Shown here: positions 1 to 8,877 of the stretch, piece by piece
Layout: every line of letters begins with the position of its first letter
Position numbering within the stretch: the stretch's first letter is position 1
Source of the DNA: Clostridia bacterium
GTDB taxonomy: Bacteria > Bacillota > Clostridia > UMGS1883 > UMGS1540
Length of the DNA: 64,000 nt
Direction: 5' to 3'
Assembly: GCA_017450025.1 (NCBI GenBank)
Contig: JAFSYJ010000040.1
Span: 15,224 to 79,223 of the forward strand
Translations under genes and position numbers: made by a program
The notes under the pieces: generated by a model
The model's input: only the letters and a program-made list of their open reading frames with translations
Told to the model about the DNA's origin: nothing
Databases searched by the model: none

Positions 1-693
1 TACTCATATATGTCTAAGAATTACAGGAATGAGTACTTTTATCAAAACACCTTATTAAACAAGTTATTATTGGGGAGACATAGCATAAATACAACAACAG
101 CTTTAACTCAAATACCTATAAATAAATCAAAGGCTGATTTCATTCTGATAAACGGAAAAGCAGTTGTATACGAAATTAAAACAGAATTAGATAGTTTTGA
201 TCGGTTGGGAACTCAAATAAACGATTATTACAAAGCGTTTAGTTATGTTTGCGTAGTAACATGTGAAGAATATTATGATAAGCTTAATTCAATTTTACAT
301 GATACGAATGTTGGAATATGTATTTTAACTACTAAAAATACGTTAAAATTTATAAAGGAACCGTTAGCTGACTTTAGTAATATCACTCACAAGCATCTAT
401 TTAAAGTGTTACACAAAAAAGAATTTGAGAATATATTGATAAAAAGATTCCAAAAGCTTCCCAAAGCGACTCCTGCTTTTTACTATGATGAGTGCTTTAA
501 TTGGTTCAAATTACTACCAATCATGGATGCATATAATGAAGTATTAAAGCAGTTAAAGAAAAGAAATAAAATCAAAAAAGAAGAATTCAAACGAGTTCCA
601 TATGAGTTAAAGTCGCTAATGTATTTTAACAGTATATATGACAACGATTACGAACAATTGGAATTATTTTTAAATGAATCGTATAGGGGGTAA
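1..693 (+). CDS. sce7726-family-like protein, PD-(D/E)XK nuclease-like; probably 5'-truncated by the window edge
   Basis: Frame is open from base 1 (YSYMSKNYRNEY...). Contains YRNEY and KADFILINGKAVVYEIKTELD (D...ExK) motifs and is paired with an sce7725-like gene. Confidence 0.8.
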   Translation, partial: YSYMSKNYRNEYFYQNTLLNKLLLGRHSINTTTALTQIPINKSKADFILINGKAVVYEIKTELDSFDRLGTQINDYYKAFSYVCVVTCEEYYDKLNSILHDTNVGICILTTKNTLKFIKEPLADFSNITHKHLFKVLHKKEFENILIKRFQKLPKATPAFYYDECFNWFKLLPIMDAYNEVLKQLKKRNKIKKEEFKRVPYELKSLMYFNSIYDNDYEQLELFLNESYRG

Positions 694-697
694 AAAA

Positions 698-1642
698 ATG
701 TATTTTCCATATGTTAGAGGTAGACAGTATGAATTATTGGCACTAAGGGAGTTAATAGAAAATAATTTATTAAGTTCTAAAATAATACCAGTTATCGAAC
801 CGGTAAAACTTTCGCCCACACTTTTAAAAACAATGGATGCTTTTGTGAAAAAAGATAGGGATCTCATTGTCATATGTAATCCTGCGGTTGGAAGCTTTGG
901 TTCTGATATGAATACAGCAGATGTTTCTAAGCACGAAAATAAAACGATATTCTTATCATTGCTTGAAAATGATAAAATTCTAAAAGGGCATATTATGAAA
1001 AAAAACTCAAAATCTTTTATAGATATTTGGGAAAATAAAATGAATACTAAAAAAGAGGATTGGATTGTAATTAACAATAATCGTGAATATCAAGAACAAT
1101 ATTCAGAAATTTTCAATGATATTACTCCGCGATTTGTATTTATCCCCGACGAAAGTTCTTTTCGAAGACAAGTTCGTCGCAACAGAATTTTACTAGTAGA
1201 TAGATTTAATAAGCTTGATCGAAATTCATTATATTTGGAAAATGATGATGAATTCTATTCTGATGACCATAGATTTTATGAAGATGACGGATTTAAAGGG
1301 TTTGCAGATTATTCTATAATAGGTAATGATTACTTAGAGTCTGGATTTGCCCCTTATGCAGTAGCAATCCATATTGTTTATTTTAAAGATGCAAACTTGA
1401 GGGTGCATCATTTTGTATCAGATACTAATGACGATATACAAAATCCTGCGAAAAAGTTTTATGAAGCAACAGAAAAACTGTATAATTGGGTATTAAAAAA
1501 TGATATACAACATACAAGAGGTTTAGATGTTTTTATTGAACACTATAACAACCAGTCATATCCCGGATTAGGCAGTGTTAAAAAGCTTTCATTAATGCAT
1601 CATCTTGAGTTAATTGGAAAGTATTTAGATGAGGTACATTAA
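698..1642 (+). CDS. sce7725-family-like protein
   Basis: N-terminal MYFPYVRGRQYELLALREL, internal GFADYSIIG and AVAIH, C-terminal GLGSVKKLSLMHHLEL. RBS AGGGGG at 685-690 favours ATG 698 over 674. Confidence 0.8.
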   Translation: MYFPYVRGRQYELLALRELIENNLLSSKIIPVIEPVKLSPTLLKTMDAFVKKDRDLIVICNPAVGSFGSDMNTADVSKHENKTIFLSLLENDKILKGHIMKKNSKSFIDIWENKMNTKKEDWIVINNNREYQEQYSEIFNDITPRFVFIPDESSFRRQVRRNRILLVDRFNKLDRNSLYLENDDEFYSDDHRFYEDDGFKGFADYSIIGNDYLESGFAPYAVAIHIVYFKDANLRVHHFVSDTNDDIQNPAKKFYEATEKLYNWVLKNDIQHTRGLDVFIEHYNNQSYPGLGSVKKLSLMHHLELIGKYLDEVH

Positions 1643-1644
1643 TT

Positions 1645-2718
1645 ATGAATTGTTGTGAATACTGTTTTAAAGATATAGAAATTAAGGCAATTATACGGGG
1701 GCAAAACCAAAAGGGACAATGTGATTTTTGCAATAGGAAAAATGTATATATTGTAGATGTTGCTACAAATACAGAGATTAAGGACAACTTTGAAAGATTT
1801 ATAGATATATATTCTTCCGAAACCGACAAACCTGATGAATTCCCGCGAGAAAAAATGGACTTGCTAAAGAACATACTATCAAATAATTGGAATGTATTTA
1901 ACTTAAAATCTGATTGTATATATAAATTTTTGACAAACCTATTGTCTGAAAAATATAATTCCCAACCAGAGTTATTTGATAGACCAGTAGGTATTTTTGA
2001 GATTATAGACGATGATTATCTGCAGCAATACTCGATTTTAGGAAACTATCAATGGGAAGATTTTGTTGAAGAAATTAAACAAAAAAATAGGTTTCACACC
2101 AATATTATAAATAAGGATATTCTTTCAAAGTTGCTACAGTTTTCTTTTAAAAAATATAAAAAAGGTTGTTCTTTTTATAGAGCTCGAATATGCAAAACTG
2201 AAGATGGTTTTCGAAAAAATGAAATGGGGGCACCTCCATCAAGCAAAGCTTCAAGTGGAAGAGCTAACCCTGAAGGCATAAGCTGTCTTTATTTATCTAA
2301 TACTATTGACACGACATTATATGAGACTCGTGCTGGCGTTTATGATTATGTTACTGTTGGCAAATTTGTGCTACAGAAAGATATTGAGGTCGTTAATCTA
2401 TCAGATATTGACAAGCTGAGTCCCTTTATTGTTCCCGATATAAATTTAATTGCTGCTAACATTACCCATTTGAATAATATAAGTGCAGACATCGCTAAAC
2501 CACTACGACGAAATGAAAGCTCGTTGGACTATCTGCCTACCCAATATATATGTGACTACATAAAAAGTCAGAATTTTGCAGGAGTAGAGTACAAAAGTAC
2601 AATTTATAATAGCGGTATAAATTATGCAATTTTTGATGAGTCATTTTTCAAATGTACTCAAACTAAAGTCTACGATGTAAAATCTATAAAATATGACTAT
2701 GATTTTTTGAAGAATTAA
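1645..2718 (+). CDS. RES-domain protein (NAD+-acting toxin superfamily) with Cys-rich N-terminal domain
   Basis: N-terminal CCEYC...CDFC. RES-type motifs FYRAR, GRANPEGISCLYLS, E-T-R, YLPTQYICDYIK, GVEYKS. GAGGT RBS upstream. Confidence 0.85.
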   Translation: MNCCEYCFKDIEIKAIIRGQNQKGQCDFCNRKNVYIVDVATNTEIKDNFERFIDIYSSETDKPDEFPREKMDLLKNILSNNWNVFNLKSDCIYKFLTNLLSEKYNSQPELFDRPVGIFEIIDDDYLQQYSILGNYQWEDFVEEIKQKNRFHTNIINKDILSKLLQFSFKKYKKGCSFYRARICKTEDGFRKNEMGAPPSSKASSGRANPEGISCLYLSNTIDTTLYETRAGVYDYVTVGKFVLQKDIEVVNLSDIDKLSPFIVPDINLIAANITHLNNISADIAKPLRRNESSLDYLPTQYICDYIKSQNFAGVEYKSTIYNSGINYAIFDESFFKCTQTKVYDVKSIKYDYDFLKN

Positions 2719-2729
2719 TTATTATTTTT

Positions 2730-2765
2730 TACCCTCACTACTTTATTTAAATAGTTGTGAGGGTA
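2730..2765 (+). terminator. Hairpin downstream of the RES gene
   Basis: TACCCTCAC...GTGAGGGTA inverted repeat just after the stop codon. Confidence 0.5.
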
Positions 2766-2825
2766 TTAGTTTAGTAGATTTTAACTGTTAAGGGTAACGA
2801 GCAAAACAGCCTAAAGATACTTAAA

Positions 2826-2864
2826 ACAAAAATGGTCTTATAGGACTCAGATCCTATAAGACCA
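2826..2864 (-). terminator. Rho-independent terminator for tRNA-Leu(GAG)
   Basis: Perfect 13-bp stem TGGTCTTATAGGA/TCCTATAAGACCA (2833-2864), followed by a T-run on the minus strand. Confidence 0.75.
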
Positions 2865-2871
2865 CTCGTAA

Positions 2872-2955
2872 TGGTGCGAGTGATGGGACTTGAACCCATA
2901 CGTCATAGACACACGCCCCTCAAACGTGCCTGTCTGCCTGTTCCAGCACACTCGC
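2872..2955 (-). tRNA. tRNA-Leu (GAG)
   Basis: Reverse complement GCGAGTG...CACGT-TTGAGGG-GCGTG...GGTTCAAGTCC...CACTCGCACCA; long variable arm and encoded CCA. Confidence 0.95.
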
Positions 2956-3007
2956 AAATATTTTGTTTTATCAAAGGCTTACTGCAAGCCTTATCGCAAC
3001 AAACAAT

Positions 3008-3036
3008 AGTATAGCAGAGAAATCAAAATTTGTCAA
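3008..3036 (-). promoter_or_regulatory. sigma-A promoter for tRNA-Leu
   Basis: TTGACA-17 nt-TATACT on the minus strand. Confidence 0.8.
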
Positions 3037-3059
3037 TACAATTTTTTAAAATTTTTTAA

Positions 3060-3977
3060 TTAGTTTTTGCCGTTTCTCAGTACTTTAAGCACTCTCTCAA
3101 AGTCCTCCGGCAAAGGTGCGGAAAATTCCATATACTGTCCGTTTACAGGGTGGTTAAATCCTATTTGTCCTGCGTGAAGAAGCTGTCCTTGCAGATTAAA
3201 TGCTTCGTTTTTTACGCCGTAGGTTTTATCCCCGACAACGGGATTGCCGATATACTTCATGTGCACGCGTATCTGATGCGTTCTGCCTGTATCAAGCAGG
3301 CAATTTAAAAGAGTGTAGTTTTTAAATCTCTCGATTACTGTAAAATTGGTTATTGCCTCCCGCCCGCCGCTTGAGACAACTGCCATTTTTTTCCTATCTT
3401 GCGGGTGGCGGTTAATATGTGTTTTAATTGTGCCTGAATCTTCGGTAATATTATGATGCACCAAGGTCCAGTACTTTCGCTTTAAAGTTCTTGTCTTGAG
3501 CTGTTCTGACAGAGAAATATGCGCTTTATCTCCCTTTGCAACCACAAGAAGTCCCGTAGTGTCCTTATCAATTCTGTGAACGATGCCCGGACGCAGAATA
3601 CCGTTTATGCCCGAAAGCGTATCGCCGCAGTGGTATAAAAGCGCATTAACGAGTGTTCCCGTATAATTGCCGGCTGCCGGATGAACAACCATACCCCGCG
3701 GTTTATTTATAACTATTACATCACTGTCTTCATATACGATGTCAAGAGGAATATCTTCAGGCTTGACATCAATTACATCGGTTTCCGGCAATTCGATTTC
3801 AAGCAAATCACCTTCGCTGAGTTTAAAGCTTGACTTAACGCATTTTCCGTTTACTTTAACATTACCGTCTTCAATCAGTTTTTTAACATAAGAACGGGTA
3901 AGGGAATCAAATAAAATCGGCACTGCCTTATCAATTCTCTCACCCGCAAGTTGCGTGTCTATAATAAAATTTTCCAT
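3060..3977 (-). CDS. rluD: RluA/RluD-family pseudouridine synthase
   Basis: N-terminal S4 domain; VHRIDKDTTG and TGRTHQIRVH motifs. Confidence 0.9.
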   Translation of the reverse strand: MENFIIDTQLAGERIDKAVPILFDSLTRSYVKKLIEDGNVKVNGKCVKSSFKLSEGDLLEIELPETDVIDVKPEDIPLDIVYEDSDVIVINKPRGMVVHPAAGNYTGTLVNALLYHCGDTLSGINGILRPGIVHRIDKDTTGLLVVAKGDKAHISLSEQLKTRTLKRKYWTLVHHNITEDSGTIKTHINRHPQDRKKMAVVSSGGREAITNFTVIERFKNYTLLNCLLDTGRTHQIRVHMKYIGNPVVGDKTYGVKNEAFNLQGQLLHAGQIGFNHPVNGQYMEFSAPLPEDFERVLKVLRNGKN

Positions 3978-3978
3978 A

Positions 3979-4428
3979 CTATTTCACATCTTTCGTAGAT
4001 CTCATTGCAAAAAGAAACAGCAAAATTCCGCCTATCACAACAAAGCAATCCGCAACATTAAATACAGGGAAATTTATCAGCCTAAAATCAAGAAAGTCTA
4101 TTACGCCGCCCCGGAACAGCCTGTCAATAAGATTGCCTATTGCACCGGACACAATCAGCGTTAGCGAAAGCATAAGGTAACTGTTCTTGGGTCTTTTTAT
4201 AAAAATATACGCTAAAATGGCGCATATAATTACAATCGAACATATTGAAAGGAAAACAGTTTTCCCTCGCATTATACTGAATGCGGCACCGTTATTTATA
4301 TGATATGTTATATGAAAAACACGGTTTATGACGGGGACTGATTGCCCCGTCATAAAATTGTTTGAAATATATAATTTAGTTAAGCTGTCAATAGCTATAC
4401 AAAGTATTCCGATAATACACCAAAGCAT
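3979..4428 (-). CDS. lspA: Lipoprotein signal peptidase II
   Basis: NNGAAFS, GAIGNLIDR and FNVAD motifs. Confidence 0.95.
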   Translation of the reverse strand: MLWCIIGILCIAIDSLTKLYISNNFMTGQSVPVINRVFHITYHINNGAAFSIMRGKTVFLSICSIVIICAILAYIFIKRPKNSYLMLSLTLIVSGAIGNLIDRLFRGGVIDFLDFRLINFPVFNVADCFVVIGGILLFLFAMRSTKDVK

Positions 4429-4438
4429 TTATTTTCTC

Positions 4439-7210
4439 CTAATTTTCCAAAACCTGTGCGCAACGATGGCAAAGCGTCGGGTGTGCGGCACTCTTTCCTA
4501 CGCTGTCGGAATGTATCCAGCATCTTTCGCACTTTTCGCCTTCGGCCGCAGAAACCTTAACATTAACAGTTGCGCCCTCAAAGCCACCGTCAAACTTATC
4601 GGCAGGCTTAACCTCTGCCTTTGACACTATAATCAGCTTATCGAGTTCATCAAAGCCTTCAAGGAACGCCTGCGTTTCAGCATCCGCAAATATCTCAACC
4701 TTGGCGTCGAGCGACTTACCTACGATTTTTTCGTTTCTGGCAAGCTCTAAAGCCTTTGAAACATCGTCCAAAATCGTACGCAGTTTATCCCACTTTTCTT
4801 CAAAGTCTTCAGGCAACGAAATTCCACTCTTCTCGGGCATTCCGTTTAAAATGCAAGCGCGCATATCGTCACCGCTCTTATGCGGCATAAACTGCCAGAT
4901 CTCTTCGCTGGTGAACGCCAAAACAGGCGCGATAAGTCTTGTGAGTGCGTCAAGAATTTTATACATAGTTGTCTGAGCCGCAAGGCGTGTTTTGCTCTTG
5001 GGCTGTTCTGTATATAAGCGGTCTTTGATTATATCGAGGTAAAAACTGCTCATTTCAACAACGCAGAAATTGTGTACTGCGTGATATATTATATGAAATT
5101 CATACTTCTGATATGCGTCAAGAACTCTGTCGATAAGCGCGTCAAGCTTCATAATTGCCCACTTGTCGAGCTCTGTCAAATCGCCATTACCGACCATATC
5201 CGAATCAGGATCAAAGCCGTCAAGGTTACCGAGAATAAATCTTGCGGTGTTTCTTATCTTTCGGTAAGCTTCGGACAGTTGCTTTAAAATATCCTGCGAA
5301 ATTCGCATATCTGTTTTATAATCGGCAGATGTAACCCAAAGTCTTAAAATATCCGCGCCGTAATTCGCTATAATATCAAGAGGACTGATGCCATTGCCTT
5401 TAGACTTGGACATCTTCTGACCGTCTGAGTCAACAATCATACCGTGTGTAATAACTGTCTTATATGGAGCGCAGTTCTTTGTTGCAACGCTCGTCAGCAG
5501 TGATGATTGGAACCAGCCTCTGTACTGGTCGTTACCTTCAAGATAAATATCGGCAGGCCAGTTGAGCTCCGGATATTGCTCCAAAACAGACCTGTGGCTC
5601 GAACCCGAGTCAAACCAAACATCCATAATATCCTTTTCTTTTGTGAATGAATCGCAGCCACATTCACATTTTGTGCCTACGGGAAGAATATCTTTTGCAT
5701 CAAGCTCATACCATATTCCGCTGCCCTTTTCCCTGAATAAATCAGAAACAGCTTTTATGCTTTCATCGGTTATAAGCTCTTTACCGCATTCTGTGCAGTA
5801 GAAAATCGGAATAGGAACGCCCCAAGTTCTCTGGCGCGAGATACACCAATCGCTTCTGTCCTCAACCATCTTGGTAATTCTGTCCTCGCCCCACTTAGGA
5901 AGCCAAGTAACAGTTTTAATCGCCTCGACTGCGTCCTTTTTAATGCTGTCAACTGATGCAAACCACTGCTCCGTTGCGCGGAAAACAATAGGCTTATGAC
6001 ATCTCCAGCAATGCGGGTATTGGTGAATGATCTCTTTTATTGCAAAAAGAGCGTTGATTTCCTTAAGCTTTTCTATTATTGCGGCGTTTGACTTCTCATA
6101 GTAAAGACCTGAAAACTCGCCTGCTTCATCGTTCAAATAACCCTTATCGTCAACGGGAACGATTATCGGGATCTCTTTATAATTCTGGCACGCAACATAG
6201 TCCTCTGCGCCGTGACCGGGAGTGGTATGAACACAACCCGTACCTGCATCAAGCGTAACATGGTCGCCGACAATAACAAGCGAGTCTCTGTCCAAAAACG
6301 GATGAGCGCATTTGATATATTCAAGTTCGGCACCTTTAAATCTGCCGATTTCCTCGTATTCCTGAATATTGCCCTCTTTCATTACGCCTTCAACAAGTTC
6401 AGACGCGATGACATAAGCCTCATTGCCTGCCTTTATAACACTGTAATCAAAATCAGCATTAAGAGCAATAGCAACATTACCAGGCAATGTCCAAGTCGTT
6501 GTTGTCCAAATTACAAAGTATATTTTTATATTGCCCAGTGAAGCGAACATATTTTTGTCGTCTTTTACAGCAAACTTAACGAAGATTGAATTTGTCTTAT
6601 CTTCTTCGTATTCGATTTCGGCTTCAGCAAGGGCGGTTTCACAGTCAGTACACCAATAAATGGGCTTTAAGCCCTTATAAATAAGACCTTTTTTTGCCAT
6701 TTCGCCAAAAATTTTTATCTGCTCGGCTTCGTATTCAGGTCTTAATGTAAGATACGAGCGGTCAAAATCACCGATAGCGCCAAGTCTTTTTATCTGCTTT
6801 TTCTGATTTTCAACATATCCCAAAGCAAAATCACGGCAAACATCGCGGAATTTTGATACCGAAACCTTGTCGCGGTCTATACCAAGCTTGGCAATAGCCT
6901 GACGCTCAATAGGCAGACCGTGCGTATCCCAGCCGTGAATGTACGGAGCTTTAAATCCGCTCATATTTTTATATCTTGTGATAATGTCCTTAAGCGTTTT
7001 GTTAAGAGCGTGCCCCATATGCATATCGCCGTTTGCATACGGAGGTCCGTCGTGCAAAACAAAGACTGGCTTGCCTTCGTTCTTTTCCATAAGCAAGCCG
7101 TATAAATCTTCAGATTCCCACTTTTCCAATATATCCGGCTCTCTCTTTGGGAGATTACCGCGCATCGGGAATTCTGTTTTCGGTAAATTTAATGTACTGC
7201 TGTAATCCAT
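4439..7210 (-). CDS. ileS: Isoleucine--tRNA ligase
   Basis: HDGPPYANGDMHMGH, WTTTTWT, KMSKS and a C-terminal CERCW zinc motif. Confidence 0.97.
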   Translation of the reverse strand: MDYSSTLNLPKTEFPMRGNLPKREPDILEKWESEDLYGLLMEKNEGKPVFVLHDGPPYANGDMHMGHALNKTLKDIITRYKNMSGFKAPYIHGWDTHGLPIERQAIAKLGIDRDKVSVSKFRDVCRDFALGYVENQKKQIKRLGAIGDFDRSYLTLRPEYEAEQIKIFGEMAKKGLIYKGLKPIYWCTDCETALAEAEIEYEEDKTNSIFVKFAVKDDKNMFASLGNIKIYFVIWTTTTWTLPGNVAIALNADFDYSVIKAGNEAYVIASELVEGVMKEGNIQEYEEIGRFKGAELEYIKCAHPFLDRDSLVIVGDHVTLDAGTGCVHTTPGHGAEDYVACQNYKEIPIIVPVDDKGYLNDEAGEFSGLYYEKSNAAIIEKLKEINALFAIKEIIHQYPHCWRCHKPIVFRATEQWFASVDSIKKDAVEAIKTVTWLPKWGEDRITKMVEDRSDWCISRQRTWGVPIPIFYCTECGKELITDESIKAVSDLFREKGSGIWYELDAKDILPVGTKCECGCDSFTKEKDIMDVWFDSGSSHRSVLEQYPELNWPADIYLEGNDQYRGWFQSSLLTSVATKNCAPYKTVITHGMIVDSDGQKMSKSKGNGISPLDIIANYGADILRLWVTSADYKTDMRISQDILKQLSEAYRKIRNTARFILGNLDGFDPDSDMVGNGDLTELDKWAIMKLDALIDRVLDAYQKYEFHIIYHAVHNFCVVEMSSFYLDIIKDRLYTEQPKSKTRLAAQTTMYKILDALTRLIAPVLAFTSEEIWQFMPHKSGDDMRACILNGMPEKSGISLPEDFEEKWDKLRTILDDVSKALELARNEKIVGKSLDAKVEIFADAETQAFLEGFDELDKLIIVSKAEVKPADKFDGGFEGATVNVKVSAAEGEKCERCWIHSDSVGKSAAHPTLCHRCAQVLEN

Positions 7211-7211
7211 T

Positions 7212-7694
7212 TTAATCCGTTTCCTCCTGATCTACCCTGCTATTCAAGCAATCGCTATTGATTTGATTTAATATTTCAATTTGAGATTTTAGCAAAGATA
7301 TATTTTTTGCAGCAAAAACATTAAGGTCGTGTTTGATTTTTTCTGACTGTTCCAAAAGCTTTTGTCTTTCCTGCTTTGCGTCGTTTTCTGCGGCATCGGC
7401 CTGTTGCCGTGCGCGCGAAATAATAAGGTCGGCTTCCTGCTTTGCCGCAGAAATCGCATTTTCACCCGTTTGCTGGGCAAGCAAAATAGAACTCTGCATA
7501 GTATCTTCCATAGCCTTATACTTTGCTATGAGTTCTTCAAGCACGCTTATTTTATCCTTAAGCGCGATATTCTCTTTATAAATTGCTTCATAGTCACCCT
7601 TTATAACGGTAAACCAATCATCAACACTTGTGCGCTTATAGCCGCCCATATGTTTTTCAAATTCAAGCTTTTCAAGTTCCAAAGGGGTTATCAT
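7212..7694 (-). CDS. divIVA: DivIVA-domain protein
   Basis: MITPLELEKLEF...GGYKRTSVD N-terminus plus coiled coil; lies between sepF and ileS. Confidence 0.85.
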   Translation of the reverse strand: MITPLELEKLEFEKHMGGYKRTSVDDWFTVIKGDYEAIYKENIALKDKISVLEELIAKYKAMEDTMQSSILLAQQTGENAISAAKQEADLIISRARQQADAAENDAKQERQKLLEQSEKIKHDLNVFAAKNISLLKSQIEILNQINSDCLNSRVDQEETD

Positions 7695-7719
7695 AAGTTA
7701 TCAACTCCTGTTTCACTTA

Positions 7720-8175
7720 TTACATTTTCCAAGGGAAAATTCCCGTGCTTTTAAGTTCAGCTTTTATGTCGTTAGCAATACTTACATTATACGGAGCAAT
7801 AAGGAAAATTCCGCTTGATACCTTTTGAATATCTCCTTCAAGCGCGTATACAACGCCGCTTACAAAATCAAGGACTTTGATAGCGTCTTCCTTTGCGAGC
7901 TCTTCAAGGTTAATTACAACTGCCCTTTTTGTTTTAAGCCTGTCCGCGATTTCTCTTGCGTCTTCGTATGTTTGCGGCTGTAGAACTGCAACTTCAAGTT
8001 GCGTTGTAGCATGGATATTTACAACCCTGCCGCTGTTTTTCTTTGCTGTCGGTAAAGGCTTAATAGAAGGTTCTTTGACCTCGTCAACCTCTTCTTCTTC
8101 GAATTCGTCGTAACCCTCTTCTTCGCCGAAAATCAAACCTCCGATTTTGTTAAATATGTTTGGCATAAATCTCAA
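7720..8175 (-). CDS. sepF: Cell division protein SepF
   Basis: VVINLE...LDFVSGVVYALEGDIQKV motif; yggS-sepF-divIVA synteny. Confidence 0.9.
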   Translation of the reverse strand: MRFMPNIFNKIGGLIFGEEEGYDEFEEEEVDEVKEPSIKPLPTAKKNSGRVVNIHATTQLEVAVLQPQTYEDAREIADRLKTKRAVVINLEELAKEDAIKVLDFVSGVVYALEGDIQKVSSGIFLIAPYNVSIANDIKAELKSTGIFPWKM

Positions 8176-8184
8176 ATCCTTTCG

Positions 8185-8877
8185 TTAATAATTTCTTTTG
8201 CCAAATATAGCGCTACCTACTCTTACAATATTTGCTCCTTCTTCGATTGCAATTTCGAAATCAGCGCTCATACCCATTGACAAAAACTCCATACTACTAT
8301 TATCATATTTTTTTTGCTTAATGTCAAGGAATTTTTTGTAAGTTTTTTGAAAAACTTCGCGAATTTCCTTTTCCTCAGAATAATTTGGACCTATTGTCAT
8401 AAGTCCGCGTATTAAAACGCTGTCTCTTTTTTCATTTTCCTCAAGAAGTGACTCGACTTCGCCAAGGGCAACGCCAAATTTTGTTTGCTCTCCCGACGCA
8501 TTGACCTCTATCAGGACATTTGTCTTTATTCCCTGTTTTAGGGACAGCCTCTGTATTTCGTCAAGCAACTTGCCTGAATCCGCAGAATGTATCAGATGTG
8601 TCTTGCCGATAAGATATTTAACTTTGTTTGTCTGAAGATGCCCTATGAAGTGGCGCGTCACACCGGCTGTTATGTCGTCATACTTATCCGTAAATTCCTG
8701 AACGCGATTTTCGCCTATGTCCTTGATTCCTGCGGCAATAGCCTCGTTTATCCTTTCAGGATCAACTGTTTTTGTCGCCGCCACAAGCGTAATATCCTCC
8801 GGCATTTTGCCTGCTCTTTTGGAAGCAGCTGCGACCCTTGCGAGAACTTCGTTGACATTTAATGCAATTTCAGACAT
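8185..8877 (-). CDS. yggS: YggS-family PLP homeostasis protein
   Basis: GENRVQE, HFIGHLQTNK, LSMGMSADF and VRVGSAIFG motifs. Confidence 0.95.
   Translation of the reverse strand: MSEIALNVNEVLARVAAASKRAGKMPEDITLVAATKTVDPERINEAIAAGIKDIGENRVQEFTDKYDDITAGVTRHFIGHLQTNKVKYLIGKTHLIHSADSGKLLDEIQRLSLKQGIKTNVLIEVNASGEQTKFGVALGEVESLLEENEKRDSVLIRGLMTIGPNYSEEKEIREVFQKTYKKFLDIKQKKYDNSSMEFLSMGMSADFEIAIEEGANIVRVGSAIFGKRNY

Larger units (their letters stand above)
1..2870. mobile_element. Right end of a low-GC genomic island next to the 3' end of tRNA-Leu(GAG); continues beyond the left edge
   Basis: GC is about 27% in line 1 (counted) and looks similarly low to ~2.8 kb, versus visibly higher GC in the core genes. 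The shift coincides with the tRNA 3' end. No integrase or second att site lies in the window. Confidence 0.65.

Noticed and set aside
7205-7230. T-box leaders for ileS and glyQS
   Set aside because: Both genes are directly coupled to upstream ORFs (1-5 bp gaps), leaving no room for a leader.
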